DNA of 64,000 nt from an uncultured Acidobacteriota bacterium. GTDB taxonomy: Bacteria; Acidobacteriota; Thermoanaerobaculia; Gp7-AA8. This document shows positions 1-10,265 of the stretch, piece after piece (positions within the stretch are counted from its first letter, which is position 1; each line of letters opens with the position of its first letter). The notes beneath the pieces are model-generated. The model saw only the letters and a list, made by a program, of their open reading frames with translations, had not been told where the DNA came from and searched no databases. The DNA lies in contig CAWGHO010000002.1 of assembly GCA_963822445.1 (NCBI GenBank), forward strand, positions 1,248,001-1,312,000, given 5' to 3'. Made by a program: the position numbers and the translations under genes.

Positions 1-1
1 G

Positions 2-532
2 AACGGCCAGTACATCGAGTTCGTCGAAGCCACCGGAGCAAACGCGCCGCACTTTCTGCAGCGCCAGGATGGCCGCTGGTTTCGCAAGGGCATGTTCGCG
101 CTCGAGCCGGTGCCGGAGAACGCCGCGGTCTACGTCACGCATGAAGAAGCGGTGGCGTATGCGTCGTGGAAGGGCATGCGGCTGCCGACCGAGGCGGAGT
201 GGCATCGGGCGGCGGCTGGCGCGTTGGACGGGAACTACGATTTCAAGTCCTGGGATCCGGTCGACGTCGGCCTGTCCGCGCCGAGCGTCTTCGGCGTGTA
301 CGACCTCGCCGGCAACGGCTGGGAGTGGACGGCATCCGTCTTCGCTCCCTTTCCCGGCTTCGAGCCGATGCCCTCGTATCTTCAGTACTCCGCCGACTTC
401 TTCGACGACGCTCACTACATTCTCAAAGGCGCCTCGCCGGTCACACCGCGCGAGCTCGTCCGCCCCAGTTTCCGCAACTGGTTCCGGCCGAATTACCCGT
501 GGGTCTTCGCGACCTTCCGCTGCGCGCGCTGA
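2..532 (+). CDS. C-terminal part of a formylglycine-generating-enzyme-fold (SUMF1) protein, EgtB-like sulfoxide synthase; 5' partial
   Basis: Frame open from the window edge; RLPTEAEW and GNGWEWT motifs; EgtB-like tail SFRNWFRPNYPWVFATFRCA. The N-terminal metal-binding domain is outside the window. Confidence 0.7.
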   Translation, partial: NGQYIEFVEATGANAPHFLQRQDGRWFRKGMFALEPVPENAAVYVTHEEAVAYASWKGMRLPTEAEWHRAAAGALDGNYDFKSWDPVDVGLSAPSVFGVYDLAGNGWEWTASVFAPFPGFEPMPSYLQYSADFFDDAHYILKGASPVTPRELVRPSFRNWFRPNYPWVFATFRCAR

Positions 533-551
533 TCTTGCAGGGCAGTTCCGC

Positions 552-1178
552 ATGGAACTGAAGTCTTACAAGCCCAAGACCTTCAATCTGTCCGGACTGA
601 CCGGGATCTCCGACAAGACGCTGGAGATGCACTTCAAGCTCTACGAGGGTTACGTGACCAACACGAACACCCTCACCGAGAAAATCGCCACGATCCTCTT
701 CGACGGTAAGGTCGACAAGGAGGAAATGCCCGCGTACTCCGAGCTCACCCGCCGTCTCGGCTTCGAGTACAACGGCATGGTCCTGCACGAGTACTACTTC
801 GGAAACATGAAGGCCCAGGGCGGCGACGAAGCGCCGCGCGGCGCGTTCCGCACCGCGGTCGAGCGCAGCTACCCGAACTACGACATCTGGAAGACGGACT
901 TCGTCGGCGTCGGCAAGATGCGCGGCGTGGGCTGGGCGATCTGCTACCTCGATCCGGCCACCGGCGGTGTCTCCAACCACTGGATCACCCTGCACGAGAC
1001 CGGCAACATCACCGGCTTCGTTCCTCTGCTGGTGATGGACGTCTGGGAGCACGCCTTCCTGCTCGACTACGCGCCGTCGGACCGCCCCAAATACATCGAA
1101 GCCTTCCTCGGCAACATCGATTGGGAGGCGGTGGAGAAGCGGATCGGGGCGGTGCAAGTGACGGCTAGCGCCCGCTAG
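552..1178 (+). CDS. Fe/Mn superoxide dismutase family protein
   Basis: EMHFKLYEGYV, LHEYYF and DVWEHAF metal-ligand motifs; true start taken as ATG 552. Confidence 0.9.
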   Translation: MELKSYKPKTFNLSGLTGISDKTLEMHFKLYEGYVTNTNTLTEKIATILFDGKVDKEEMPAYSELTRRLGFEYNGMVLHEYYFGNMKAQGGDEAPRGAFRTAVERSYPNYDIWKTDFVGVGKMRGVGWAICYLDPATGGVSNHWITLHETGNITGFVPLLVMDVWEHAFLLDYAPSDRPKYIEAFLGNIDWEAVEKRIGAVQVTASAR

Positions 1179-1309
1179 CCGTCGAGGCAGGCCAGAGGCG
1201 TACACCACACCGAAGCACATGTTCACTGGACCGGGCTTCTACTTTGCAGTATAAAGTGCTCGACATGACACACCGGCTCCGATCTGTCGCCCTCAGAGGA
1301 ACGCACCGA

Positions 1310-1362
1310 GCGGCAGCCGCACGTGCATCAGCGAAGCAATCAGCGCCGCCGGCCGTGCCGGC
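1310..1362. repeat. REP-like dispersed repeat, family A
   Basis: Reverse complement matches 27001-27053 at 51/53; core CAGCGCCGCCGGCCGTGCCGGC. Confidence 0.85.
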
Positions 1363-1404
1363 CTGCCCGCAACCTTTCCACCACCTGAGACGTATCTTGA
1401 CCCC

Positions 1405-2358
1405 ATGACCGCGATCATTGAGGTCTCCGGCCTCCGCAAACAGTACAAGTCGTCGTTCCGGAAGCCGCCCATCACGGCCCTCGACGGTATCGATTTCACC
1501 GTCGGTGAAGGCGAGCTCTTCGGCCTCCTCGGCCCGAACGGCGCCGGCAAAACCACCACCGTCAAGATCCTGCTCGACCTCACCCGCGCCACGGCCGGGG
1601 CCGCCACCATCGGCGGGCTGCCGGTCAGCGATCCGGAATCCCGCCGCCGTGTCGGCTACCTGCCCGAGGGGCACAAGATCCCGAACTACCTGACGGCTCG
1701 TCAGGCTCTGCGGATCTTCGGGCGCATGTCGGGCATGTCCTCGGCCGAAATCGAGACCCGCATCCCGATGCTGCTGGACAAGGTGCGCATGGGGCAGTGG
1801 GCGGACGTCCGGATCAAGAAGTTCTCGAAGGGCATGACCCAGCGCCTGGGCCTGGCCTGCGCCATGATCCACGCGCCGAAAGTCCTCCTCCTCGACGAGC
1901 CGACCGACGGCGTCGATCCGGTCGGCCGCCGCGAGATTCGCGACCTGCTCGTCGACGAGGCCCGTCAGAACGGCACGACCATCCTCCTCAACTCCCATCT
2001 CCTTTCCGAGATCGAGCTGACCTGCGACCGCGTGGCTGTGCTGCGCAATGGAAAAGTAGCGGCGTTCGGAACGGTCGAAGAGCTGACCCGCACCACGGCG
2101 ACTTACAAGATGGTTGCGACGCCGATCGACGACAACCTCATCGCCGCGTTCCGCCACACCGGCGCGGACGTGCAGCGCGTCAACGGTCATATGGTTCTGT
2201 CGGTCAACGACGTCGAGCATCTCAACGCGCTCGTCGATCAGTTGCGCGCGCGCGGCGGCATGCTCAACGAGCTCACGCCCGTCCGCTCGACGCTCGAGGA
2301 CGTATTCGTCGATCTCATTCGTGCCGATGAGCACTCATCGGTTGGAGCGCACTCATGA
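1405..2358 (+). CDS. ABC transporter ATP-binding protein
   Basis: Walker A GPNGAGKTT, signature FSKGMTQR, Walker B LLLDEP. Confidence 0.95.
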   Translation: MTAIIEVSGLRKQYKSSFRKPPITALDGIDFTVGEGELFGLLGPNGAGKTTTVKILLDLTRATAGAATIGGLPVSDPESRRRVGYLPEGHKIPNYLTARQALRIFGRMSGMSSAEIETRIPMLLDKVRMGQWADVRIKKFSKGMTQRLGLACAMIHAPKVLLLDEPTDGVDPVGRREIRDLLVDEARQNGTTILLNSHLLSEIELTCDRVAVLRNGKVAAFGTVEELTRTTATYKMVATPIDDNLIAAFRHTGADVQRVNGHMVLSVNDVEHLNALVDQLRARGGMLNELTPVRSTLEDVFVDLIRADEHSSVGAHS

Positions 2359-3218
2359 AAGCCCTCGCCGCAAACATCGAAGACGTCTTCCGCGAGGCTG
2401 CCGCGCGCTGGACGCTGCTCGCGTACTTTTTCCTCTCCACGATCTTCATTGTCATCTTCGCCTTCGCCATCAACCTCGACATCGTCGACGGCGCGCTGGC
2501 CGGCGCAAAGCTCTTCGGAAAAGAAGTGGACATGGACGGCGGCAAGGAAATCTCCATCGAGCAGCTGGTCCTCGGATTCGAGACCGGCTTCTCCGGCTTC
2601 CTCTATCTGCTGTGCACGTTCCTGGCGATCTTCGCCACAGCGCATCTCGTGCCGCGCATGCAGGAGAAGGGGACCATCGATCTCTATCTCTCGAGGCCCG
2701 TTGCGCGGGTGAAACTGCTGCTGTCGCGCTATCTCGCGGGACTGCTCCTCGCGGCCAGCAACGTCGTCTACCTGATGGTCTCGGTGTGGGCCATCGTCGC
2801 CTACAAGACCGGCGTGATGAACGCCCGTTTCCTGATCGCCGGCTCGATCATCATGCTGGTCATCGCCACGCTGCTGGCGACGGCCTTTCTGATCGGCGTG
2901 ATCACCTCGTCCACGGCTGTCTCGATCATGACCACGTACGGCATCTTCATCTTCAGCGCCGCACTGGTCGGACATGAGAACTTCGCCGCGGCCGTGTCGA
3001 AAGAGTGGCAGGCCCATCTGATCAACGGCCTGTACTGGATTTTCCCGAAGACCGCCGAGCTTGCACAGGCCGTGGTCGCCTTCGTCGGCGGCCAGGAAAT
3101 GAGCATGCCCGAGCGGATGACCAGCGTTCTCACCCCTGCACCGTTTCTTACCACCGCTGCCTTCGGCATCGGATGTCTCGCGCTCGCCTCATGGCTTTTC
3201 ACTCGAAAGGAGTTTTGA
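2355..3218 (+). CDS. ABC-2 type transporter permease
   Basis: Multiple hydrophobic helices, EKGTIDLYLSRP motif, ATGA overlap with the ATPase gene. Confidence 0.9.
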   Translation: MKALAANIEDVFREAAARWTLLAYFFLSTIFIVIFAFAINLDIVDGALAGAKLFGKEVDMDGGKEISIEQLVLGFETGFSGFLYLLCTFLAIFATAHLVPRMQEKGTIDLYLSRPVARVKLLLSRYLAGLLLAASNVVYLMVSVWAIVAYKTGVMNARFLIAGSIIMLVIATLLATAFLIGVITSSTAVSIMTTYGIFIFSAALVGHENFAAAVSKEWQAHLINGLYWIFPKTAELAQAVVAFVGGQEMSMPERMTSVLTPAPFLTTAAFGIGCLALASWLFTRKEF

Positions 3219-3220
3219 CG

Positions 3221-4204
3221 ATGAACCGCTCCCTGTTTCGTCTTTCCCTCGCACTCACGTTCGTGGCCGCGCTCGCGCTGCCGGTCTTTGCCGCCGATGA
3301 CGCCCTCTCGCTCGTTCCGGCCAATGCCGCGACGGTCGGCATGGTCAAGCTCGGCGAAATGCGCACCAGCCCTCTTTCGGCAGTTCTGTTCGAGCACACG
3401 GACAAAATGTCGAGCGACGGCGAGGCGCTGAAATTCATCACCGAGACCGGGCTCAATCCATTCAAGGACATCGACGTTCTGGTCGTGGCCACCGCTCCGC
3501 GCACCGCGCTCGGCTCTGAAGCCGACGTTCTGGTGATCGCCGAAGGCCGCTTCAACAAAGAGAAGCTGACCGCGGCTCTGACCGCGCGCGGCGCCGTGAA
3601 GAAGGGCGCTTACCTGCTCCTGCCGGAAGAAGACAACGGCAACGACGGCGATCATGACGCCGCGGTCGCCTTCCCGAGCGCATCGCTCGTGATCGCCGGC
3701 AATGAGCGCTCGGTCGCGGCGGCTCTTACCGCGCGCACCAGCGGCGGAACGAGCTTCCGCACCGCCAGCGGACTCGGACTCGACCTGGCCCGTGTCGATC
3801 GCAATGCGACGGCCTGGGCACTCGTCGACGTGACCCGCGCGGCGCGTCTGACCAAGGGCGGCACGATCCACACCGGCAAAGGCCACTCCGGCGACGCCCT
3901 CGGCGCCGCGATCAAGAGCGTTTCCTCGATCGCGGTCTGGGCCACCGACACCGGCGACGCGCTGAAGCTCAACGCGCTCGGCGTCTCGGGTGATGCAGAG
4001 ACCCTTCAGCTGCTCGAAGACACCGTGAAGGGCGCGCTTTCCGCGCTCCGCCTCGCGGTAAAGGACAAGGCGCCGGAGATGGTTTCGGTGCTGCGCACCT
4101 TCGACGTCTCCCGCAAGGATGACCTGATCCGCATCGAAGGCACCATCCCGGCCAGCACGCTTCGCGACCTGATGGCGAAGAAGCGCGCCAGCGTTCAGAA
4201 GTAA
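3221..4204 (+). CDS. Secreted hypothetical protein, probable ABC accessory
   Basis: ATG 3221 after AAGGAG; signal peptide ending VFA-ADD; same operon as the ABC genes. Confidence 0.75.
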   Translation: MNRSLFRLSLALTFVAALALPVFAADDALSLVPANAATVGMVKLGEMRTSPLSAVLFEHTDKMSSDGEALKFITETGLNPFKDIDVLVVATAPRTALGSEADVLVIAEGRFNKEKLTAALTARGAVKKGAYLLLPEEDNGNDGDHDAAVAFPSASLVIAGNERSVAAALTARTSGGTSFRTASGLGLDLARVDRNATAWALVDVTRAARLTKGGTIHTGKGHSGDALGAAIKSVSSIAVWATDTGDALKLNALGVSGDAETLQLLEDTVKGALSALRLAVKDKAPEMVSVLRTFDVSRKDDLIRIEGTIPASTLRDLMAKKRASVQK

Positions 4205-4213
4205 CTAGACCCT

Positions 4214-7200
4214 CTATCTCACGGACCGTCGTCGCGGTGGCGCGGCGACGGTCCCGTTCGAGAACGCCGGCGATTGCGTCCACGTCGCCCGATTCCCTGC
4301 AGCGTCCTCCAGATCGATCCGCAAATCGAAGAGCGCATTCGGCGCCGTTGCAGCGCTGGACAGATCCGCGCGATACAAATCACCGGACGGCGTGTGCCGC
4401 ATCGTGTTGAGGTTGCCCGTCTCCGAGCCTTCGGACACCAGCGACAAAGGACGCCAATCGAGCGTGCCGGTCTGCCGCACCCACGCGCGTGTCGCCTCGG
4501 GCTTCCACACTTTCGTCTCCATCGCTTTCCGATAATCGAAGTCAGCCGCGGAGAAACGGAGCGTCGTCTGGTCGACGATGCGCAGCGAGGTGAGCGTCGG
4601 CGGCTCGAGATCATCGGCATTCGATCCGAACGAGACTTCCAGCACACCGCGTGAAGGATGGCCGGCCGCGACGAGGCCTTCGCGAGTTACGACAAAGGTC
4701 GAGCCATTCGAGACCCAGGTGTTGCCGGGCACGCGCATGTCATCGAGCGCGCCGAAGAATCCTGGCGACGGATGGAATGTGGTCATGCCGCCGGTCGTCC
4801 CCGGAATCGCGTACGGGTACACAGGCCCGGCAGCAATTGTCGCTGTGCCGCCGTTGGGAATGCGCATCGCCGCGGCGGACGGCGTCGCGTTCCAGGTCGC
4901 GACGATGTCTCCCTCGTACACGCGCAAGGCCGGCGTGATCACGTGACCGGTCTGGATCTGAATTCCGGACACGACCAGCGGCTCGACATCCTCGGTCGCA
5001 AAGTAGTCGAGCGTTCCCGACGGCCGCTCGCGCCGCTCGACGCACGGGCCGCGCCTGAAGCTCGATCCGAGCAGGCGCAGATCGCCGGACACCGTGCAGA
5101 CGGCCAGCGAAGTGCCGACCGGCTCGAGCGCGAACCGCGCGTGGGTCATCGACGACGCGTCCCGACGCAACGTCTTCGCCTCGCTGAATCCGCGCAACGT
5201 CTCATGCTGAACGATGTAGGCGTCCATCTCCTCGAGATCGATCAGCGTTTCCAGCGCGGTCAGCGTGAAACGCGTTGATGCGGGCGAGACGAACATGCCG
5301 CCCAGAGTCTCGAAGCTGAACTCGTTCTCATCGACGCGGCCGGCGGACTCGCGCTTCCAGTTCACGGCGGTCCTGCGCAACACGTACGGACCGCGCGGCC
5401 GCGACGCGAGAGGGATGCCGCTCGCGTCGCGACCGTCGAAGTGGATGCGCAGCGGTGCATCCGCCGGGCTGATGGTGATCGATTCGTCGCCGCTCACCGA
5501 GCGATCCTCGAGGAACGTCATCCGAATCACCTCGGCGTTGTCCACGAGATCGAACGACGTGACCGCCAGATCCCATTTGCTGCCCGGTTTGACGAAGAGC
5601 TCCGCCTGCTCCAGCCTGTACATCCGCAGGATGCGGTGGAAAGGCTCCCCCTCGCGGTACGCCTTGACGATCCCGAGAGCCGTGGCGGAGCGGACCGCGA
5701 TCCGGGCGCTGCGGACGATGCCCCAGGGGATCGCGACCGGTGTCGAGCCGGTGAACGCGATCGCGCCGCCGAGGAGACGCTGATGCTGGTCGTCGGCGAA
5801 GGGCACGACCACGTTGTCGAGGACGAGACGAACCTCGACGCTCCGCGACTCTCCCGGCGGCACCGTGAACGTCGCCGGCGTCACGGTAAGCGTGATTCCG
5901 TTCGGAACGGACGGCGCAACGAGCTCGAAGGCCTGCTCCGCGGTCGAGCGATTCTCGATTCTGAACGTACGCGTCGCCTCGAGCGTGCCGGTGCTCGAGG
6001 GCGCGAGACCGAAACTCAGTCCCGCCCCGCGGACGAAAATCTTCGCCTCGTGTGCGCGCTGCGCATCAACGCGCCCCGCGCCACGCACGAACGCGGTGGC
6101 GTCGACCGGCAGCGCCGTCGAAACGAGCGCCGCTTTCACGTCCGCGGGCGTCCAGTCCGGATGCAGCGACCGCAGAAGCGCGCAGATTCCCGCGACATGC
6201 GGCGTCGCCATCGACGTCCCGCCAAACGCGATCAGCCCTCCGCCATGTTTCGCGGAGAAGATTCCCACGCCCGGCGCGACGACGTCTGGCTTGAACGTCA
6301 ACAGGCCGGGCGTCGGACCGCGCGAGCTGAAGTCCGCGACCACGCCATCGGCATCATGCGCACCGACGGTGATCGCGTCGCGAGCAGTTCCCGGCGTTCC
6401 GATGGAGACGATCGAGCCGCCCTCGTTGCCCGCACCTGCGACGACGATGACGCCCGCCGCGCTGGCGTTGTCCACGGCGCGCGAAAGCGGGTCGTCGGCC
6501 ATGCCGGGTGCGCCGAGGCTGAGGTTGGCGACGTCGTGGTGATCGGAGAAGTCGCCGTCGCCATTCGGATCCGCGCTCCGCTCGATCGCCGCCAGAACGG
6601 TGGCCTCCGAACCACCGCCACCCGCCGAGAGCGACTTGTAGGCGATGAGCGTCGCATCCGGCGCGACTCCGAGCAGCTCCGGCCCGTTCGCCGCGGCGAT
6701 GCCGGCGACGTGTGTGCCGTGTCCATGGTCATCCATCGGGTCGGCGTCGCCGTTCACGAAGTCGTACCCGCCGGCGACTTTGAATCCCGGACCGAATCCG
6801 CGGCCGAGGTCGGCGTGCATGTAGTCGATGCCGGTGTCGATGATGGCGATGGTGATGTCTTTGCCGCGCGTCGGCAGGTTGACGGCGTTCACGCGCGTGC
6901 GGGCGTCGATCACCTGAGTGGCGCTGCCGAGCGTCCGGACCTCGCGATCGCGATGCACGGCGCACACGTACGGCAGCTCGCGGATTCGCGCGATGTCCGC
7001 GGGCTCGAGATCGACCGCGGCACCGAAGAACACGACCGAATACTCGTGGCGGATCTGCGGCCGCGGCGCGGCGCTGTTCGACTGCGAGACGATCGCGCGG
7101 CGGAGATCGCGACGGAACCGTTCATGCGTCTCGCGTTGCGCCGCGGCTATGCGCGGGCCGGCAATCGCGGCCGGCGCACCGTGAAACTCGACGATGACGC

Positions 7201-7261
7201 GCGTGGCCGCCTCCGCACTCGCGAGCGGTACCGCAATCAGCAGGAGGAGCAGCTTTTTCAC
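4214..7261 (-). CDS. Secreted S8 (subtilisin/Vpr-like) serine peptidase
   Basis: Signal peptide; catalytic motifs IDTGID, HGTHVAG, GTSMATPHVAG. Confidence 0.92.
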   Translation of the reverse strand: MKKLLLLLIAVPLASAEAATRVIVEFHGAPAAIAGPRIAAAQRETHERFRRDLRRAIVSQSNSAAPRPQIRHEYSVVFFGAAVDLEPADIARIRELPYVCAVHRDREVRTLGSATQVIDARTRVNAVNLPTRGKDITIAIIDTGIDYMHADLGRGFGPGFKVAGGYDFVNGDADPMDDHGHGTHVAGIAAANGPELLGVAPDATLIAYKSLSAGGGGSEATVLAAIERSADPNGDGDFSDHHDVANLSLGAPGMADDPLSRAVDNASAAGVIVVAGAGNEGGSIVSIGTPGTARDAITVGAHDADGVVADFSSRGPTPGLLTFKPDVVAPGVGIFSAKHGGGLIAFGGTSMATPHVAGICALLRSLHPDWTPADVKAALVSTALPVDATAFVRGAGRVDAQRAHEAKIFVRGAGLSFGLAPSSTGTLEATRTFRIENRSTAEQAFELVAPSVPNGITLTVTPATFTVPPGESRSVEVRLVLDNVVVPFADDQHQRLLGGAIAFTGSTPVAIPWGIVRSARIAVRSATALGIVKAYREGEPFHRILRMYRLEQAELFVKPGSKWDLAVTSFDLVDNAEVIRMTFLEDRSVSGDESITISPADAPLRIHFDGRDASGIPLASRPRGPYVLRRTAVNWKRESAGRVDENEFSFETLGGMFVSPASTRFTLTALETLIDLEEMDAYIVQHETLRGFSEAKTLRRDASSMTHARFALEPVGTSLAVCTVSGDLRLLGSSFRRGPCVERRERPSGTLDYFATEDVEPLVVSGIQIQTGHVITPALRVYEGDIVATWNATPSAAAMRIPNGGTATIAAGPVYPYAIPGTTGGMTTFHPSPGFFGALDDMRVPGNTWVSNGSTFVVTREGLVAAGHPSRGVLEVSFGSNADDLEPPTLTSLRIVDQTTLRFSAADFDYRKAMETKVWKPEATRAWVRQTGTLDWRPLSLVSEGSETGNLNTMRHTPSGDLYRADLSSAATAPNALFDLRIDLEDAAGNRATWTQSPAFSNGTVAAPPRRRSVR

Positions 7262-7265
7262 GAGC

Positions 7266-7973
7266 TCAGAGGAAACGGCGGAGATGTTCGCGCCACCACG
7301 GCCAGTCGTGTCCGAAGACGCCCGGCCAGGACTCGAAGTGGTTGCCCACCCCTTTCGACCAGAGCAGCGCCGAGAACTCGCCGTTCTCGCGAATCAGCGA
7401 GTCGTATTCGCCGGTGGCAATCACCCACTGCACGCGCGACAGCTTGCCCGCCCATTCTGCGTCCATGTTCGGGATGTACGACACCGGGCAGTGGAAGTAG
7501 CAGTTCTCGTCCCAGTAGCCGTCGGTGAAGGAATGGATGTCGTACACGCCGGAGAAGCAGATGGCGCGGCTGACGACGTCCGGGTAACGCGCGGCGAAGT
7601 TCGAAGCGTGATACGCGCCGAAGCTCGCGCCGTACACGACCAGATCGCCGCGCTGGGCGCGGTTGTAGATGTAGGGAACGAGCTCGTGGCGGAGGTACGA
7701 GTCGTACTGCGCGTGCCGAGCGGCGCGCACGGCGGGGTGAATGGTCTTGTTGTACCAGCTCTCTTCGTTGACGGTGTCGACGAGGATCAGCTGGATCTCG
7801 CCGGCGTCGACCTTGTCCGCGACGGAGCTGGCCAGGTGGAAGTCCTCGTTCTCGTAGTAGCGGCCGGCCGAGGTGGGGAAGAGGATGACCGGGCGGCCGA
7901 ACTTCCCGAACCACAGGAACTCCATGTCCTTGCCCAGCGATGGTGAATACCATCTAACATGTTCACGATACAT
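7266..7973 (-). CDS. Alpha/beta hydrolase, putative esterase family
   Basis: GASFG nucleophile elbow, C-terminal GHDWPWW, N-terminal YSPSLGKDM. Confidence 0.85.
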   Translation of the reverse strand: MYREHVRWYSPSLGKDMEFLWFGKFGRPVILFPTSAGRYYENEDFHLASSVADKVDAGEIQLILVDTVNEESWYNKTIHPAVRAARHAQYDSYLRHELVPYIYNRAQRGDLVVYGASFGAYHASNFAARYPDVVSRAICFSGVYDIHSFTDGYWDENCYFHCPVSYIPNMDAEWAGKLSRVQWVIATGEYDSLIRENGEFSALLWSKGVGNHFESWPGVFGHDWPWWREHLRRFL

Positions 7974-8048
7974 TTTCGTGCTCGATTTCCGTACACATTG
8001 CTGCGACGGGCGGCGATTCTATACGATGCCGCCCCTCACGGAGGCGGC

Positions 8049-9014
8049 ATGGCTAAAAAACGCATCGGCATCATCTTCGGCATGGAAGACACCTTCCCCT
8101 GGGCCCTGATCGACGCCATCAATCAGCGCGGGGGCACCGACGTCGAGGCCGGTCCCGCGGAGATCTCGTACCTCAAGGACGACGGCGTCTTCCCCTACGA
8201 TCTGCTCCTCGACCGCATCAGCCACGAGGTGCCGTTCTACCGGACCTACCTCAAGTGCGCCGCGGCCTCGGGCGTCCGCATCGTCAACAACCCCATCTGG
8301 TGGTCGGCCGACGACAAGTTCTTCGACAACCTCGTCGCCAAAGCCGCGGATGTCGCCGTTCCGAAGACGGTGCTGCTGCCGCACAAGCAGTACCCGCCCA
8401 ACACCGAGGCGAAGTCGTTCCGCAACATGAAGTGGGTGAACTGGGACGAGGTCTTCAACTACCTCGGCTGGCCGATCTTCATGAAACCAGCCTACGGCGG
8501 CGGCTGGAAGGACGTGTACAAGTGCGACAACCCCGAGGAGTTTTTCAGCGCGTATGACCAGACCCGCGACCTGACCATGATGGCCCAGGAAGCGATCGAG
8601 TTCGAGCTCTACTACCGCTGCTACGTCCTCGGCCGCAAGCGCGTGCGGATCATGGCCTACGATCCTAAGGCGCCGTTCCACGAGCGTTACGTGAAGAACC
8701 CGCCGCCGATGGAGCCCGCGTTCGAAGCGCGGATCGTTCGCGACGCTCTCGCCCTCTGCGATGGACTCGGCTACGACATGAACACGGTGGAGTTCGCGGT
8801 GCGCGATGGGATCCCGTACGCGATCGACTTCATGAACTGCGCGCCGGATGCGGACCTCAATTCCGTCGGCCGGGAGAACTTCGACTGGATGGTCGAGAAC
8901 ATGGCCGACACGCTGATCGAGATGGTGCGCGGCGAGAAGAAATTCGAGCTCACCGGCAACTGGCCCACGGTCATGGACGTCACGAAGGACGTCAGTAAGC
9001 CCGTCGCGTCGTAA
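8049..9014 (+). CDS. ATP-grasp amide ligase (RimK/glutathione synthetase-like)
   Basis: PIFMKPAYGGGWKDVYK, QEAIEF, VEFAVRDGIPYAIDFMN; RBS GGAGG before ATG 8049. Confidence 0.8.
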   Translation: MAKKRIGIIFGMEDTFPWALIDAINQRGGTDVEAGPAEISYLKDDGVFPYDLLLDRISHEVPFYRTYLKCAAASGVRIVNNPIWWSADDKFFDNLVAKAADVAVPKTVLLPHKQYPPNTEAKSFRNMKWVNWDEVFNYLGWPIFMKPAYGGGWKDVYKCDNPEEFFSAYDQTRDLTMMAQEAIEFELYYRCYVLGRKRVRIMAYDPKAPFHERYVKNPPPMEPAFEARIVRDALALCDGLGYDMNTVEFAVRDGIPYAIDFMNCAPDADLNSVGRENFDWMVENMADTLIEMVRGEKKFELTGNWPTVMDVTKDVSKPVAS

Positions 9015-9023
9015 ACTGCGCGC

Positions 9024-10130
9024 ATGGCCCATCCAACCTTCACGCTCGGGATCGAAGAAGAGTTTCAGGTCGTCGATCCCGAGACGCGCGAGCTGAAGTC
9101 GCACATCCAGGAGATGTTCGCGGAGGGGGAGAAGCGGCTCAAGGACGAGATCAAGCGGGAGATGCACGACCCGGTGATCGAGGTCGGAACGCCCATCTGC
9201 ACCGACATCAAGCACGCGCGGCGCGAGATCACCAGACTGCGGAAGGACATCTGCACGCTCGTGCGCGAGAACGGATTGCGCATCGCCGCCGCGGGCACTC
9301 ATCCGATCTCGCACTGGGCCAGCGTGCCGATCACCTCGAACGAGCGGTACGACAAGATCGTGTACGAGCTGCAGATGCTCGCCCGTGCGAATCTGATCTT
9401 CGGTCTGCACGTGCACGTCGCGGTCGAAGACAACGAGACGCGCATCCAGATCATGAACGCGGCGCGCTACTTCCTGCCGCACGTGTTCGCGCTGTCGGTG
9501 AACTCGCCGTTCTGGTGCGCGCAGAACACGGGCTGGAAGAGCTACCGCTCGAAGGTGTTCGAGCGCTTCCCGCGCACCGGCCTGCCCGACTACTTCCGCG
9601 CCTGGGGCGACTACGAGGAGTACGTCGGCATCCTGGTGAAGACGAACTGCATCGACAACCCGAAGAAGATCTGGTGGGACGTCCGCCCGCATCCGTTCTT
9701 CCCGACGCTTGAGTACCGCATCTGCGACGTGCCGATGCGCGTGGACGAGACGATCTGCTTCGCCGCGCTCTTCCAGGCCATCACCGTGAAGCTCTACAAG
9801 CTCTACAAACAGAACATGGGCTGGCGTCTGTACCGGAAGTCGTGGCTGAACGAGAACAAGCAGCGCGCGGCGCGCTTCGGCGTCGGCGGGAAGCTGATCG
9901 ACTTCGGGAAACGCGCCGAGGTCCCGTTCGGCGAGCTGCTGGACGAGCTGCTGGAGTTCGTGGATGACGTCGTGGACGAGCTCGGCTCACGCGAGGAGGT
10001 CTACTACGCCCGCGAGATCCTCAAGAACGGCACCGGCGCCGACCGCCAACTGGCAGCGTACGCGCAAAGAAACGACCTCCGTGACGTCGTGGACTACATC
10101 GTTAAGGAGACTGAGCACGGGGTGATGTAG
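9024..10130 (+). CDS. Carboxylate-amine ligase, GCS2/YbdK family
   Basis: TLGIEEEFQ, FGLHVHV, WWDVRPHPFFPTLEYRICD. Confidence 0.92.
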   Translation: MAHPTFTLGIEEEFQVVDPETRELKSHIQEMFAEGEKRLKDEIKREMHDPVIEVGTPICTDIKHARREITRLRKDICTLVRENGLRIAAAGTHPISHWASVPITSNERYDKIVYELQMLARANLIFGLHVHVAVEDNETRIQIMNAARYFLPHVFALSVNSPFWCAQNTGWKSYRSKVFERFPRTGLPDYFRAWGDYEEYVGILVKTNCIDNPKKIWWDVRPHPFFPTLEYRICDVPMRVDETICFAALFQAITVKLYKLYKQNMGWRLYRKSWLNENKQRAARFGVGGKLIDFGKRAEVPFGELLDELLEFVDDVVDELGSREEVYYAREILKNGTGADRQLAAYAQRNDLRDVVDYIVKETEHGVM

Positions 10131-10139
10131 AGGCGCCAA

Positions 10140-10171
10140 GGCTCAAAGTCGCAAAGGCTCAAAGTCTCAAA
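10140..10171. repeat. Tandem 8-mer repeat, 4 copies
   Basis: GGCTCAAA-GTCGCAAA-GGCTCAAA-GTCTCAAA. Confidence 0.85.
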
Positions 10172-10265
10172 GCGAACCGCCGTCGACGGCAACCGCACCT
10201 TCAGTTTGCACCGTTTAAGAAAGCGGCTCACCATCAACAGGCGCTTGCGTGAACGCTAGGAACCA

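Noticed and set aside
10172-10262. Possible hicA toxin remnant
   Set aside because: No GSH motif or convincing start; the short reading frame does not resemble HicA.
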